From Eledone cirrhosa (taxonomy: Eukaryota): a DNA stretch of 64,000 bases. This document shows, piece by piece, positions 13,647 to 25,236 of the stretch (within the stretch, counting starts at the first letter, position 1; every line of letters begins with the position of its first letter). The notes under the pieces are model-generated. The model was not told the DNA's origin and did no database searches. It worked only from the letters and a program-made list of their open reading frames with translations. The translations under genes were made by a program, and so were the position numbers. Where the stretch lies: the NCBI GenBank assembly GCA_964016885.1, contig OZ024742.1, positions 311,364,001 to 311,428,000 of the forward strand, read 5' to 3'.

Positions 13647-13719
13647 TGATGTAATGTAGTTCCTGATATATAAGTGATGTGATGGACTATTCATTTAGCC
13701 CTGTTTACAAATAGATTAA

Positions 13720-13927
13720 CCCTTTAGCATTTACATTACTCTATATATACTATTATATTTTCAGAGTAAAGGCTTTAACTCACATAATATCGAATCTATG
13801 AAATTTTGATGTTATTTATTTTAAGAACAATACCTTAACATCAGTATGAGTGGCCAGTTAAGGCTGGTTTGAATAGAAAGAGGTGAGAGAATTCTGGCCA
13901 GATATGGCTGGTTTAAATGCTAAAGGG
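13720..13927 (+). mobile_element. piggyBac-like MITE, intact
   Basis: Perfect 14-bp TIR CCCTTTAGCATTTA / TAAATGCTAAAGGG, TTAA on both sides. Confidence 0.88.
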
Positions 13928-14499
13928 TTAAACAGATGAAAATGAAAAAAATTGTTCCTAATTATTTCATGCTCAAAAACTTTGAAAGGTTGCTGAGTGA
14001 AAGAATGTATGAAAGAGTGAAAGAATGTATGAAAGAGTGAAAGAAAACAGAGGCTGTAATCTATGTGACAATAGTCTAGGCATCAATCTCAGACCACACC
14101 ACCAGTATCAAGCAATATTTCGGGCTCACATAGTGGCAATTCACAGAGCATTATAATAACCATATGGCATCATTCCGTAACCCGGAGAAAAGAGGCTCAA
14201 CAAAACTCTAATTATGTCTGGAAACTGATAGAAAACTTTGTGAAACACAGCGTCACTAAGAATATTACAAGATGCAGACCCTATATCAACAAACACAGAA
14301 ATGCTGGCTCTGCTGTACTGAGAGGGGGTTAACATAGAAGAACTCATTATATCCTAATGCCTGCTTTAATTTCAGAAGTGAGCTATGGAAAACTTGACCA
14401 CATTGCACAATATTCATCCTTAGTATTATTCTGAAATATTAATTTACATATAATTAGCATCAGAATATATATAAGCCCAGTAACTTATATAAGTGGTCA

Positions 14500-15790
14500 T
14501 GTCTATTCCTACAAGAGCATCTGGCTAAGGTAGGTAGTGGAGGTTTGTTGGTTTCTACTTTTGAAGTTGATCATGGAGCTAAAATTGATTTTAAGATAAT
14601 GTCTGTTAAATGACTTCCTGTATATATGGTTAGTGGGGAATTGTTTGTCTATTATTGCTAGGAATGTCTGGCTGTTGTTGGTTTTAGCATTCATTGAGAA
14701 AAGTGGAATAAACGTGGTAGTATTTTGGCTTCTTTGGTTGTGCTGGTCTAGGGCTGTAAGTACTTGTTTCTAGGGCATCTCTGTAGAAGGGTGGTGGTGG
14801 TTTGTTAAGTATATATCTGCTAGATGAGTTGAATAATCTCCTACTTATGTTTCAGACCTTTATAATTTGAATTACTCGATGAAAAACATCCATACATCAA
14901 GAGACTACTGGATAAAATGATAGAGCTTGTTAAATGAATACACACAACAAATTAAACTTCAAAAATTACCATGAACAATAAAGAGATTGGAAAGATTCGA
15001 AACAGACCTGCTGAATATAGTTACAAAGCTAAAATTTCCTAATTCCTTTAATACCTTTCAACACGTTGAAAAATGACATTTGTAATATGAAATCTTCAGA
15101 GAAAGTTTTGACAAAACTAAAAACATTTACCAAGTAGATAAAAACGCCTACATCTGCTGACTGAAAAATATCATCACTGACAATTATATGAGAGCTAAGC
15201 CAAACACCTGTGATAGTATCGACAGAGAGGCGAAGGATATAGCAACCAGGCTAAGATTAAATGATAGAATAGAGACACTACCAACGTGAAATGCCTTTAT
15301 CACCATTAAGAACCATAAACATATCTTCGCTTCCAACCCTAAATGTAGATTTATAAAACCCAATCTAAATTAGAAATCGACATAGTTAGCTAAAGCATTT
15401 TAAGGAACATTAATATCAACATTAAGAAGGTCACCAGCCTAGAGCAATGGATAAACAGCAGGGAAGTAATTAGATGGTTTAACAATACCTGCAATAAGAG
15501 GAGCACAAGGTTTAACCAATGGGACATAGTAGACTTTTATCCTTCCATCTTCAGAGATCTTTTAAATAGAGCACTAGATTTCGCCAATAGAATCTACCCA
15601 ATAGCTTGTGGGGACCATAAGATTGTAATGCACCCGAGGAGATCTCTGTTCTTCAGCAAGATCATAGAATTGGTAATAAAAACTCAAAGTGAGTATTTCA
15701 ACGTTGGCATTTGCTCATTTGACAGATTGGTCATTTGCAATTTAGATAGCTTATAAATACAGAATAATCAAGGCGACCTTTAGCCATCTG
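14500..15790. mobile_element. Degenerate Naiad-like Penelope element in two oppositely oriented pieces
   Basis: Minus strand: IDKQFPTNHIYRKSFNRH (cf. LDKCFPRDHRYHRIFNRH in the 19390 ORF); plus strand: LEQWINSREVIRWF...WDIVDFYPSI. Confidence 0.75.
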
Positions 15791-16763
15791 TACGATTCAG
15801 TCTATACAGAGATCATGCCCTAGCGATAACCAGCAATATAAACAAACATACACAAGAAAATTAAGGAAAGATATTATTAATCTAATGCTTGATATAGTAG
15901 GAGAGACTCTTAGCATTTTGGACATTAGTCCTTCATTGAAGATAGAATGAGAGACATCAGAAAAAAAATAGAAAGATAGATGAGAGTAAGAAAGGAAAGA
16001 AAGAAAACAGAAAATACAGATGCCATTCACAAACAAGTATGACTTGACAGTATGTACCATGATTTCGCTAAAGATTTTAGATGCCCCTGTTGTAGCAAAT
16101 AGTTACAGATACCCTCTCAACCTTCCATCCTTTGATTCAGTGGAACATCCAGGATGTAACAGCTAAAAGGAATGAGGCTACACAACCACTAGGTTGGCAC
16201 TTTCTTTATCGACCATGAAAGGATGAAAAACAATGTGGACTGCTACCTCAACATTTTCTCCATCTGTAACTCTTTCCATAGACATTTTACACTTAAATGT
16301 AGCTGCCACATTATTTAATACCCCTTTCACACCACTATATTTTCAATGTACCCACTCAGGTTATATCATAGATTTAATAGAGTTCGCTCCAACATCTTTT
16401 TGGCAGAATGCACACAGCCATATTCCTGTTCTTTCCATCATTTCAAATACTTTACCTTTTGTCAACACTTTCATCTTTCCAATATTCACCTTCATACCTT
16501 TTGTCTCCATACATTGTCATCACTACTCTAACCAACCATTCCCCCACCCCAATTCTTTAATGTCCATGTCATTAGTTCATGAGGAACCAAATAAATATAT
16601 ATATTTTTAAAAATAAGACTCCAGTTGCATTTTCAATTTCATCTTTTTTTCTTTATACTTTCACTCGTGTAAGACACCTCGGTTATTTTTCATTTTGTAA
16701 AAAAAAAACCTCACTTTCTAATATATATATATATATATATGTATATATATGTATATGTATATG

Positions 16764-16795
<32 letters not shown>

Positions 16796-16968
16796 TATAG
16801 TATTAAGGATACTATTTATGGTTATGTATGTAATAAAACCTTTTATGGTAATATATTTTTTATACAAACCTTAAATAGTGAAAGATAGTCATTAATTACT
16901 ATCTTATTACCAGTAAGATAAATAGCTCAATGTAATAACATCAGTTGTTTTACAGAGCAGTTATATAG

Positions 16969-17648
16969 AGATTACAATAATCAAAGTTCAGTTTAAGTCA
17001 TTTATTTGCTTACAATTGTTTCCTCCAAACCGTGGTTTGGATTCTTCGTAGCAACTATTTAGTGATCTATAACATACTTGACCTCCTTTTCAACACAAGA
17101 GACATATAAAACAAGGTTTATAATATGTTTGAAATTTTTGATATTTTGGTGTTTCTCTACATTCAGGACTGTATATCATACAGGTGTATGCGAATAAATG
17201 ACTTAATAATTCAGCCCACATAATAAGATAGATTGCCTGCTTCAACTGCCTGACCCTGCAAATAACATTCTGACGCACTCTAATCATGTATAAATAAGAC
17301 ACGCGTGCATGCTACACGTGAGATTGTTTCATACACTGACTACTCTAAACTTTCCTCTTGCTTCATCCTCATAGACTGCCAATGCTTCATGTTTATTTTC
17401 ATTTTTGTTTTTATTTTTATTTTTATCCTGTAACCTTTATATGTAAATTGCCATGCTATATCATTTTGATGGATGTCACCCCACTGTTGATCAGTATGTG
17501 CATATGTTTTATATGTCTCTTGTGTTGAAAAGGAGGTCAAGTATGTTATAGATCACTAAATAGTTGCTCCGAAGAATCCAAACCTCGGTTTGGAGGAAAC
17601 AATTGTAAGCAAATAAATGACTTAAACTGAACTTTGATTATTGTAATC

Positions 17649-17649
<1 letters not shown>
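16969..17649 (-). mobile_element. Fold-back PLE remnant with 145-bp inverted arms
   Basis: 16969-17113 is the reverse complement of 17505-17649; the spacer encodes RQLKQAIYL, similar to a GIY-YIG C-terminus; each arm has an HHR-like motif. Confidence 0.7.
17564..17612 (+). ncRNA. Hammerhead ribozyme-like motif, variant core (mirror copy 17006-17054, minus)
   Basis: ttgct CCGAAGA a tccaaacc tc ggtttgga g GAAA caattg TA agcaa: stem I, 8-bp stem II, palindromic stem III. Confidence 0.6.
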
Positions 17650-17689
<40 letters not shown>

Positions 17690-17834
17690 TTTGAGTTTAT
17701 GTTGGTTGTATACCAACACCTCAGTATGCAGGCTGGAGCACTCGACGAAGTGCGCAGGTTGGTTTGGTTACTCCGGAGTAGTATAAAATAAAGTTAAATA
17801 AAAGTCAAATGATTAAAATTTAGCTTCGTTTATT

Positions 17835-17889
17835 ACTGCTATATATATTTCAGTGACAGCCATCTTTGGCTGTGAACTCTTCAGGCAGT
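17835..17889 (-). ncRNA. Minimal type I hammerhead ribozyme, intact core
   Basis: actgc CTGAAGA gttc acagcc aaagat ggctgt cact GAAA tatata TA gcagt: perfect stem I, hairpin stem II, palindromic stem III. Confidence 0.75.
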
Positions 17890-19260
17890 TTGAATTAGTA
17901 TGGTACATATGTTGTTAGTATGGTACATATTAAATTAGACAAGTACATATGTTGTTTAGGTGTATGATATTGTCAATACTCTGATATGCCCAGTTCCTTG
18001 TTGGGTTGTTAATTCACTGGGGAACTGGAGTCATATGAATTCAAACAAACGAATTTCAGTGTCACAGGTCCCCTTCTCCTCTCATTGGTCAGTTATTAGA
18101 ACATTCCTCATTCTAAGTGTTGTTATTGTTGGAGTTAGCTTAAAAATTGATAAAATGGTAGAAGGGACAAGGTGTTAAAGGAACAAAATAACAAAATAAC
18201 AAAAAAAGTGTCAAACTTCCCATTGTTCAGTTCTGAGAGCATTCCTCAGTCAGAAGTCTATAGAATTCTTTCTGGGGTGAGGCTCCCTGTAGTGTTTTTG
18301 CCTGCTATTGTTCAGTACATTTGACCTCCACCATTATTTTGGTACTGTTGTTGTTGTAGTGGTCAGCTTATATCTTGCTGCTGATAACAATTTAGAAGTA
18401 TCCAGTTTGTGTTTTTTCTTCATCCCTCCCGCCACCATCGTAGTGGTGGTGGTGGGGGGGGGGGTTCTTTCATGTATATGAAGAAATATATGGCAATAAA
18501 TGAAGAAAACAGAAAATAAATAAATAATATAATAAAGTAATTAATATAATTTGTGTAATTTGAAAATAAATAAATAAATAGAGAATAAAGAATAAAGAGT
18601 AAATGAGAGATTGGTGAAAAAGTAATGATAATGTATATGGAGAGGTGAGAAATAATGTAGGATAAAGTGTGTGTGTGTGTGCTATAACCAATCTCAAGGT
18701 CAGAATATGTTGGATAGATTGGTATGAGACAAGATGTTAAGATGAGATATTCAATGTGTTTGTGTTATAATCTATCTCAACTTAAAATAAATATAAGGTG
18801 ATACAGTGAAGAGGGCAGAAAACAAAAAACAAATTAATAAAGAGAAATCAAGATTGGAACTTGAAAGTCAGAAATCTGGTAAATTAAAAGTGTTTGTGTT
18901 ATAGATGTTGGCCAAATTATTATGGCTGTGTCCGATTCTATCTCTAGGCTATCATGGTGTCTGCTCTGCCTGGGTTGTTCCCTGTGGCTTGAGGGGAGTT
19001 CACAACCTAGGGTGTTGTTATTGCCCATATAGCTTGAGGGAGGTCTGGCCGAGAGGTGTTTTCATGTTCTGTAAAAGTCCCTATAGCTTGAGGGGAGTTC
19101 ACATCTTCTTGTGTTGCTACTGTCCATATATCTTGAGAAAGGTCCCGGCTCTAAGGTGTCTGCATGTCCCGAAGAAGTCGGTTCTGAGGTTTATCAGGCC
19201 GCTTCCACCTCTTAGTATCTCGAGGGTCTCGTTCAGGCATAGTTTGCATATGCAAGATCC

Positions 19261-21687
19261 AACCTCAAATTCTCCGGAAACCCAACCAGAAGTCAGGAGT
19301 ACCTCAGACACCTGAGAAACCGGATTACAGTACTTAAAGGGACAACTGGAATACTTGTCCATGCTGACAAAACAAATAACCTCTACAACATGAACACTGA
19401 ACTGTACAATAAGCTAATCCTCAGGGAACTGAGGAAGTGCTACAAAAAAACACCTGGATTTACCCTGGATGAGATCAATGCCACAGCTTACAGGATTATA
19501 TCCAGAATCGGCATAGAGGACAGGACGGCCCCATACCAACCAAGGGAGCCACGGATTACCCTTAAAGACCACAAGTCAAACTTTGAGTCCGACCTCCCTG
19601 TCAGACTAATAGCCCCCTCCAGATCTGACCTAGGGATCGTCAGTAAAAGAATACTGGATAGGATTTTGCCCAAGCTTCGGAAGAAAACCAAATTACAGCA
19701 ATGGTCATGCACGAGAGAAGTAATAGAATGGTTCAAAATACTGCATGAGAAAAGTAGGACCAGCTTTATACAACTGGACATCGCAAGCTACTACTCCTCA
19801 ATCTCACCCATAGTACTTAATAAGGCCCTATTTTTAGCGATGTCCAATACGGACCTAACCCGAGAGGAGGTGAGCATCATCCACGCCGCAAGAAAGACCT
19901 TAATCCGCTTCGATGGAGACCTTTGGACCAGGAGTGATTGGCCAAATAACTTTGACATCACGATGGGCTCCAGCGACTCAGCGCAGGTAACGGACCTGGT
20001 TGGGCTCTACCTGCTGAAGCAGATAAAAGATGAAATCCCCTGCCTGGGCGGCGGATTATATCGTGACGATGCTCTATTCACAGTACATGACCACAGCACC
20101 AATATGTTGGAGGGTATGAGGAGGCGTATTCGCCATTTCTTTAAGAACCAGGGGCTCAGCATAGAAATAGACCCAAATAGGAAGGTAGTTAACTTCATAG
20201 ACACCACCCTAAACCTGAACACCGAGCAATACTACCCCTACCACAAGCCCAACGAGAAACTCGTATATGTTAACGCCAAATCAAACCACCCTAGATCCAT
20301 AACCAAGGCAGTGGTGAAGAGTGTCTCGGACAGGATCTCCAGCCTGTCCGCAAGTAAGGAAATATTCAACAACCACGCGGAATATTACAACGCAGCTCTA
20401 AAGAAGGCGGCACATGGACAAAATATAACATATAGTCCGAAAAGCCGGGAGGTGGATAGCCCAACAGACACCCACAACCGCGTTGCCAGAGGGGGGAGGG
20501 CGAACCCTAACAATACAGGCAGAGCAGAATCAAATAGGCACCATGTACCAGACACCACTACACGGGCGGTGGGGACTAGTGCGCTTGACCACGAGATGGA
20601 GCACAATATGAGTAGCAGTCTCAGGCGTGACGCTAACTACCCCAGGACGGGCAACCCCAACCGCAGGACACGTGGGGGGGGGGGGAACGGGCGACCACCC
20701 CACGATGGATCTCCCGGGGCGGACAACAACCACTCCACAAATCCGGACCGCGAAGATAACAAAAAGTATAGAGCCCAAAAGGGAAGCAACAGTGCGGAAA
20801 CCACCAGCAACCTAACAAATCTCCAACAAATCACGAAGCCCCCAACCCACACATATAGGAGAAGACACCAACAAATCACGTGGTACAACCCACCCTACTC
20901 AGCGGCCCTAAAGAAAAGCTTGGCCCGATTATTCTTTGGAGCACTTGATAAATGCTTCCCGAGGGACCACAGATACCACAGGATCTTCAACAGACACACT
21001 GTGAAGCTTTCGTATTCCACCACGAGAAATTTGGCCCAACACATAGCTAGCATCATCAGAAGTAGGCTTAAAAACCACACGCAACCAGAAGATGGCAATA
21101 CAAACACTCAGCAAAACCATGTGAAAGGAGGGAAGGGGGGACCCAGAGCCCACCCAAGAAACACAAACAGACCCAAGGACCCCCCACCGAGCATGGGGGA
21201 AGACCAACATGTAACACATAATGAAAACCCTAATATAGGCACGCAGAGGCCGACCACCCTCTGCAACTGCAGAAACCCCGAATCATGCCCCCTTGGTAAT
21301 GAATGTCTCAAGAAGAACCTAGTGTACGGTTGTAGGGTTAAAACCCCCAACTCCGAACACCTCTACATAGGAGCCACATCAACGAGCTTTAAGGACTGCT
21401 GGTACAACCATCGCCATTCATTCAAGAAGGAGGCCAAAAGGAAAAGCACAGCTCTCTCCGACCTGATCTGGAAGCTTAAGCTGGACAGGACCCCATACTC
21501 TCTGGCCTGGTACATAATCAGGAAAGTACCACCCGATAAAGGGGGATCTTGCATATGCAAACTATGCCTGAACGAGACCCTCGAGATACTAAGAGGTGGA
21601 AGCGGCCTGATAAACCTCAGAACCGACTTCTTCGGGACATGCAGACACCTTAGAGCCGGGACCTTTCTCAAGATATATGGACAGTAG
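19261..21687 (+). CDS. PLE reverse transcriptase + GIY-YIG endonuclease, 5'-truncated, stop-free
   Basis: Frame is open from the inversion junction (ADKTNNLY, LDIASYYSSI, MGS, YRDD, FIDTTL); CxCx5C linker (CNCRNPESC); LVY...LYIG; CKLC. Confidence 0.92.
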   Translation, partial: NLKFSGNPTRSQEYLRHLRNRITVLKGTTGILVHADKTNNLYNMNTELYNKLILRELRKCYKKTPGFTLDEINATAYRIISRIGIEDRTAPYQPREPRITLKDHKSNFESDLPVRLIAPSRSDLGIVSKRILDRILPKLRKKTKLQQWSCTREVIEWFKILHEKSRTSFIQLDIASYYSSISPIVLNKALFLAMSNTDLTREEVSIIHAARKTLIRFDGDLWTRSDWPNNFDITMGSSDSAQVTDLVGLYLLKQIKDEIPCLGGGLYRDDALFTVHDHSTNMLEGMRRRIRHFFKNQGLSIEIDPNRKVVNFIDTTLNLNTEQYYPYHKPNEKLVYVNAKSNHPRSITKAVVKSVSDRISSLSASKEIFNNHAEYYNAALKKAAHGQNITYSPKSREVDSPTDTHNRVARGGRANPNNTGRAESNRHHVPDTTTRAVGTSALDHEMEHNMSSSLRRDANYPRTGNPNRRTRGGGGNGRPPHDGSPGADNNHSTNPDREDNKKYRAQKGSNSAETTSNLTNLQQITKPPTHTYRRRHQQITWYNPPYSAALKKSLARLFFGALDKCFPRDHRYHRIFNRHTVKLSYSTTRNLAQHIASIIRSRLKNHTQPEDGNTNTQQNHVKGGKGGPRAHPRNTNRPKDPPPSMGEDQHVTHNENPNIGTQRPTTLCNCRNPESCPLGNECLKKNLVYGCRVKTPNSEHLYIGATSTSFKDCWYNHRHSFKKEAKRKSTALSDLIWKLKLDRTPYSLAWYIIRKVPPDKGGSCICKLCLNETLEILRGGSGLINLRTDFFGTCRHLRAGTFLKIYGQ

Positions 21688-22902
21688 CAACACAAGAAGA
21701 TGTGAACTCCCCTCAAGCTATAGGGACTTTTACAGAACATGAAAACACCTCTCGGCCAGACCTCCCTCAAGCTATATGGGCAATAACAACACCCTAGGTT
21801 GTGAACTCCCCTCAAGCCACAGGGAACAACCCAGGCAGAGCAGACACCATGATAGCCTAGAGATAGAATCGGACACAGCCATAATAATTTGGCCAACATC
21901 TATAACACAAACACTTTTAATTTACCAGATTTCTGACTTTCAAGTTCCAATCTTGATTTCTCTTTATTAATTTGTTTTTTGTTTTCTGCCCTCTTCACTG
22001 TATCACCTTATATTTATTTTAAGTTGAGATAGATTATAACACAAACACATTGAATATCTCATCTTAACATCTTGTCTCATACCAATCTATCCAACATATT
22101 CTGACCTTGAGATTGGTTATAGCACACACACACACACTTTATCCTACATTATTTCTCACCTCTCCATATACATTATCATTACTTTTTCACCAATCTCTCA
22201 TTTACTCTTTATTCTTTATTCTCTATTTATTTATTTATTTTCAAATTACACAAATTATATTAATTACTTTATTATATTATTTATTTATTTTCTGTTTTCT
22301 TCATTTATTGCCATATATTTCTTCATATACATGAAAGAACCCCCCCCCCCCCACCCCACCACCACCACCACCACCACCACTACAATGGTGGCGGGAGGGA
22401 TGAAGAAAAAACACAAACTGGATACTTCTAAATTGTTAGCAGCAGCAAGATATAAGCTGACCACTACAACAACAACAGTACCAAAATAATGGTGGAGGTC
22501 AAATGTACTGAACAATAGCAGGCAAAAACACTACAGGGAGCCTCACCCCAGAAAGAATTCTATAGACTTCTGACTGAGGAATGCTCTCAGAACTGAACAA
22601 TGGGAAGTTTGACACTTTTTTGTTATTTTGTTATTTTGTTCCTTTAACACCTTGTCCCTTCTACCATTTTATCAATTTTTAAGCTAACTCCAACAATAAC
22701 AACACTTAGAATGAGGAATGTTCTAATAACTGACCAATGAGATCAGAAGGGGACCTGTGACACTGAAATTCGTTTGTTTGAATTCATATGACTCCAGTTC
22801 CCCAGTGAATTAACAACCCAACAAGGAACTGGGCATATCAGAGTATTGACAATATCATACACCTAAACAACATATGTACTTGTCTATAACATACTAATTC
22901 AA

Positions 22903-22957
22903 ACTGCTTGAAGAGGTCACAGCCAAAGATGGCTGTCACTGAAATATATAGAGCAGT
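22903..22957 (+). ncRNA. Hammerhead ribozyme copy with mutated core
   Basis: Same motif but TTGAAGA, and the cleavage triplet is AGA instead of ATA. Confidence 0.55.
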
Positions 22958-23001
22958 AATAAACGAAGCTAAATTTTAATCATTTGACTTTTATTTAACT
23001 T

Positions 23002-23045
<44 letters not shown>

Positions 23046-23049
23046 ATAT

Positions 23050-23443
23050 GGAGGCACATGGCTTAGTTGTTGGTTAGAGCATTGGGCTTCCAATCGAAAG
23101 GTTGTGAGTTCAATTCTCAGACCGAGTGATGTGTTGTTTCCTTGAGCAAGACACTTCATTTCACATTGCTCCAGTTTACTCACCTGTAGAAATAAGATGA
23201 TAGGACTGGGGTCCCTATCATTCCACTGCAAAGTGGTCGTGGAGTTGCCACAGCAAAAAAAGCACCCAGCACTCACTGTAAAGTGGATGTGTAGGCATCA
23301 CGGAAAAAAGCACCCAGTACTCACTGTAAATGAGGTTGGTGTTAGGAAGGGCATCAAGCTGTAGAAATGAAGCCAGAATCAGTTCCCGTCTCACCCTTGC
23401 AAGCAGGGAAAAGCGCACGTAAAATGATGATGATGATGATGAT
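23050..23443 (+). mobile_element. tRNA-derived SINE with internal duplication
   Basis: Same family as 2373 and 10996. Confidence 0.85.
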
Positions 23444-23593
23444 ATGTATATATATATATGTATATATGTCCATGCACACACACACACAGATAGATAAACA
23501 TGCAGGCAGACAAACATACAACAGACAGACATACAGATAGATAGATAGGTAGGTAAATAGATAGATAGATAGATAGATAGATAGATGACTTAC

Positions 23594-23773
23594 GGATGCA
23601 ATTAATGGTAATTTCAGACCAAATTGAATTTAATTGACAAGTTGCTTTATAGGTTCCTTCAGTGTATATAAAGCCTTGTTTGCAGAAATACAGGACTTCG
23701 CTCCCGTATTTTGTACTGGAAACTTCAAGATGGTTCGTATTCAAATAATCTATAGGAGTTCCACAGTCAATAT
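23594..23773 (-). CDS. Host gene exon 3: Sushi/CCP domain 1
   Basis: cttttag/gtaagt; 180 nt, phase 1-1; DIDCGTP...VLYFCKQGF...ATCQLNSIWSEITINC. Confidence 0.9.
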
Positions 23774-23829
23774 CTAAAAGCAAAATTTATAATACACATA
23801 TATATATACATATATTTGTTTTGTGAGGT

Positions 23830-24125
23830 TTTATTAAAATAACAGATTAAAGTTTAAGCAAAGAATCGCTGCTTTCACCCTTTCTGAAACTAAAAAAAAT
23901 CAATCTGTAAATGCAGAAGTAAATATTTCGAAAAACGTTGCAACCGAAGGAAAACAGGAAGATGATACTTTGGTTTGTGAAGACATTCCCTGGCAATGAA
24001 CAGAAAAAAAGCGAAGATATTACGTCGTTATGTGGAAGGGTTCTTATATATTTGATATATATTTATCCTTATCGAGCCCTCTTTGGATTTTAGTCTTCAC
24101 ATTTATTATTATTACTATTATTACT
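23830..24125 (-). mobile_element. Short repeat with inverted tail, PLE-like (also 48625-48760, 51340-51630, 62537-62670)
   Basis: Shared blocks gaagactaaaatcc-aagagggctcgataagg and gattctttgcttaaactttaatctgttatttt in differing relative orientation; (TA)n flanks. Confidence 0.6.
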
Positions 24126-24437
24126 ATATACATATATATATATATATATATGTGTAGACAAGAAAACCATATATTCTCACCTCTTTCAAGTCCAGCAGTT
24201 GCAAGAGTAGGAGGGATCATCCTGCAGATGAGAACCAGTTAAGTTCGAAATGCATCGACGATTGTCCCCCTTGCTTTTGCTGGACACCAACAGAGGGCGA
24301 TAGCCCCGGTGTTTTGCATAGCTACAACTTTCTAAATGTTTACATATAAACATACCGTATTTCTTTAGAAATACAAAATTCCAATACATATCTGTATACA
24401 GCTATGAATGAAGCTAAATCCTAATTCTATTATATAT

Positions 24438-24477
<40 letters not shown>

Positions 24478-24482
<5 letters not shown>

Positions 24483-25236
24483 TATAGAAGAGCTTCTACA
24501 GGACTAAAAGTATTTCATTCGTGAGAAATCATCAGGAAGCTGGCTGTCTAAGTAAGTGGTGGTATTTATATCTTTTCTTTTCTGGTGGTAGGAGAGGGTG
24601 GGGATTGGGATGGGTGGAGGTCATTGGTTGATGGATTTAAAGAAAAGGGAGTTCCTTAAAAGCTAATTCTTTAAAGCTATATTATTAACAAAGGCAGAAA
24701 GAATATTGTAAACAAATTCAAATTTGGAATACCAATCCTTGTTTATCCCTTAAACTAACAATGCCTGTAAGACAGGTGTCTACAGGATGTTTCAGCTTTA
24801 AAGAATTAACTTCTAAAGAATTTCCCTTTTCTTTAAACCAATGAATGCCACCCATCCTGTAGACACCTGTCTTACAGGCATTGTTAGTTTAAGAGATAAA
24901 CAAGGATTAGTATTCCAAATTTGAATTTGTTTACAGTATTCTTTCTGCCTTTGTTAATATTATAGCTTTAAAGAATTAGCTTTTAAGGAAATCCCTTTTC
25001 TTTAAATCCATCAACCAATGACCTCTACCCATCCCAATCCCCACCCTCTCCTACCACCAGAAAAGAAAAGATATAAATACCACCACTTACTTGGACAGCC
25101 AGCTTCCTGATGATTTCTCACAAATGAAACAGTTCTAGTACTGTAGAAGCTCTTCTATATTAAAACATTTATACTCTGCTATGTATTGAGTACCTTAATT
25201 ACTGTGGTTACCTCCAATTCAACCCGGAATAACTTA
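24478..25236 (+). mobile_element. Fold-back PLE remnant with ~307-bp inverted arms
   Basis: 24478-24785 is the reverse complement of 24857-25163; HHR near both outer ends; (TA)n flanks. Confidence 0.8.
25101..25151 (+). ncRNA. Type I hammerhead ribozyme (mirror copy 24491-24541, minus)
   Basis: agcttc CTGATGA ttt ctcac aaa t GAAA cagt tctagt actg TA gaagct: 6-bp stem I, 5-bp stem III, GUA site, weak stem II. Confidence 0.72.

Larger units (their letters stand above)
17690..23010 (+). mobile_element. Penelope-like element (Naiad-like) with 1.47-kb inverted pseudo-LTR
   Basis: 17782-19260 is the near-perfect reverse complement of 21544-23010; RT + GIY-YIG ORF; (TA)n on both flanks. Confidence 0.92.

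Noticed and set aside
19261-21900. Selenocysteine recoding or SECIS, reported for some Naiad PLEs
   Set aside because: No in-frame TGA in the retained ORF (the TGA at 19313 is in another frame) and no SECIS recognisable by eye
18470-22334. Pairs of identical ORFs (18470/22107, 18834/21776, 18905/21363)
   Set aside because: By-products of the PLE inverted repeat, not duplicated genes
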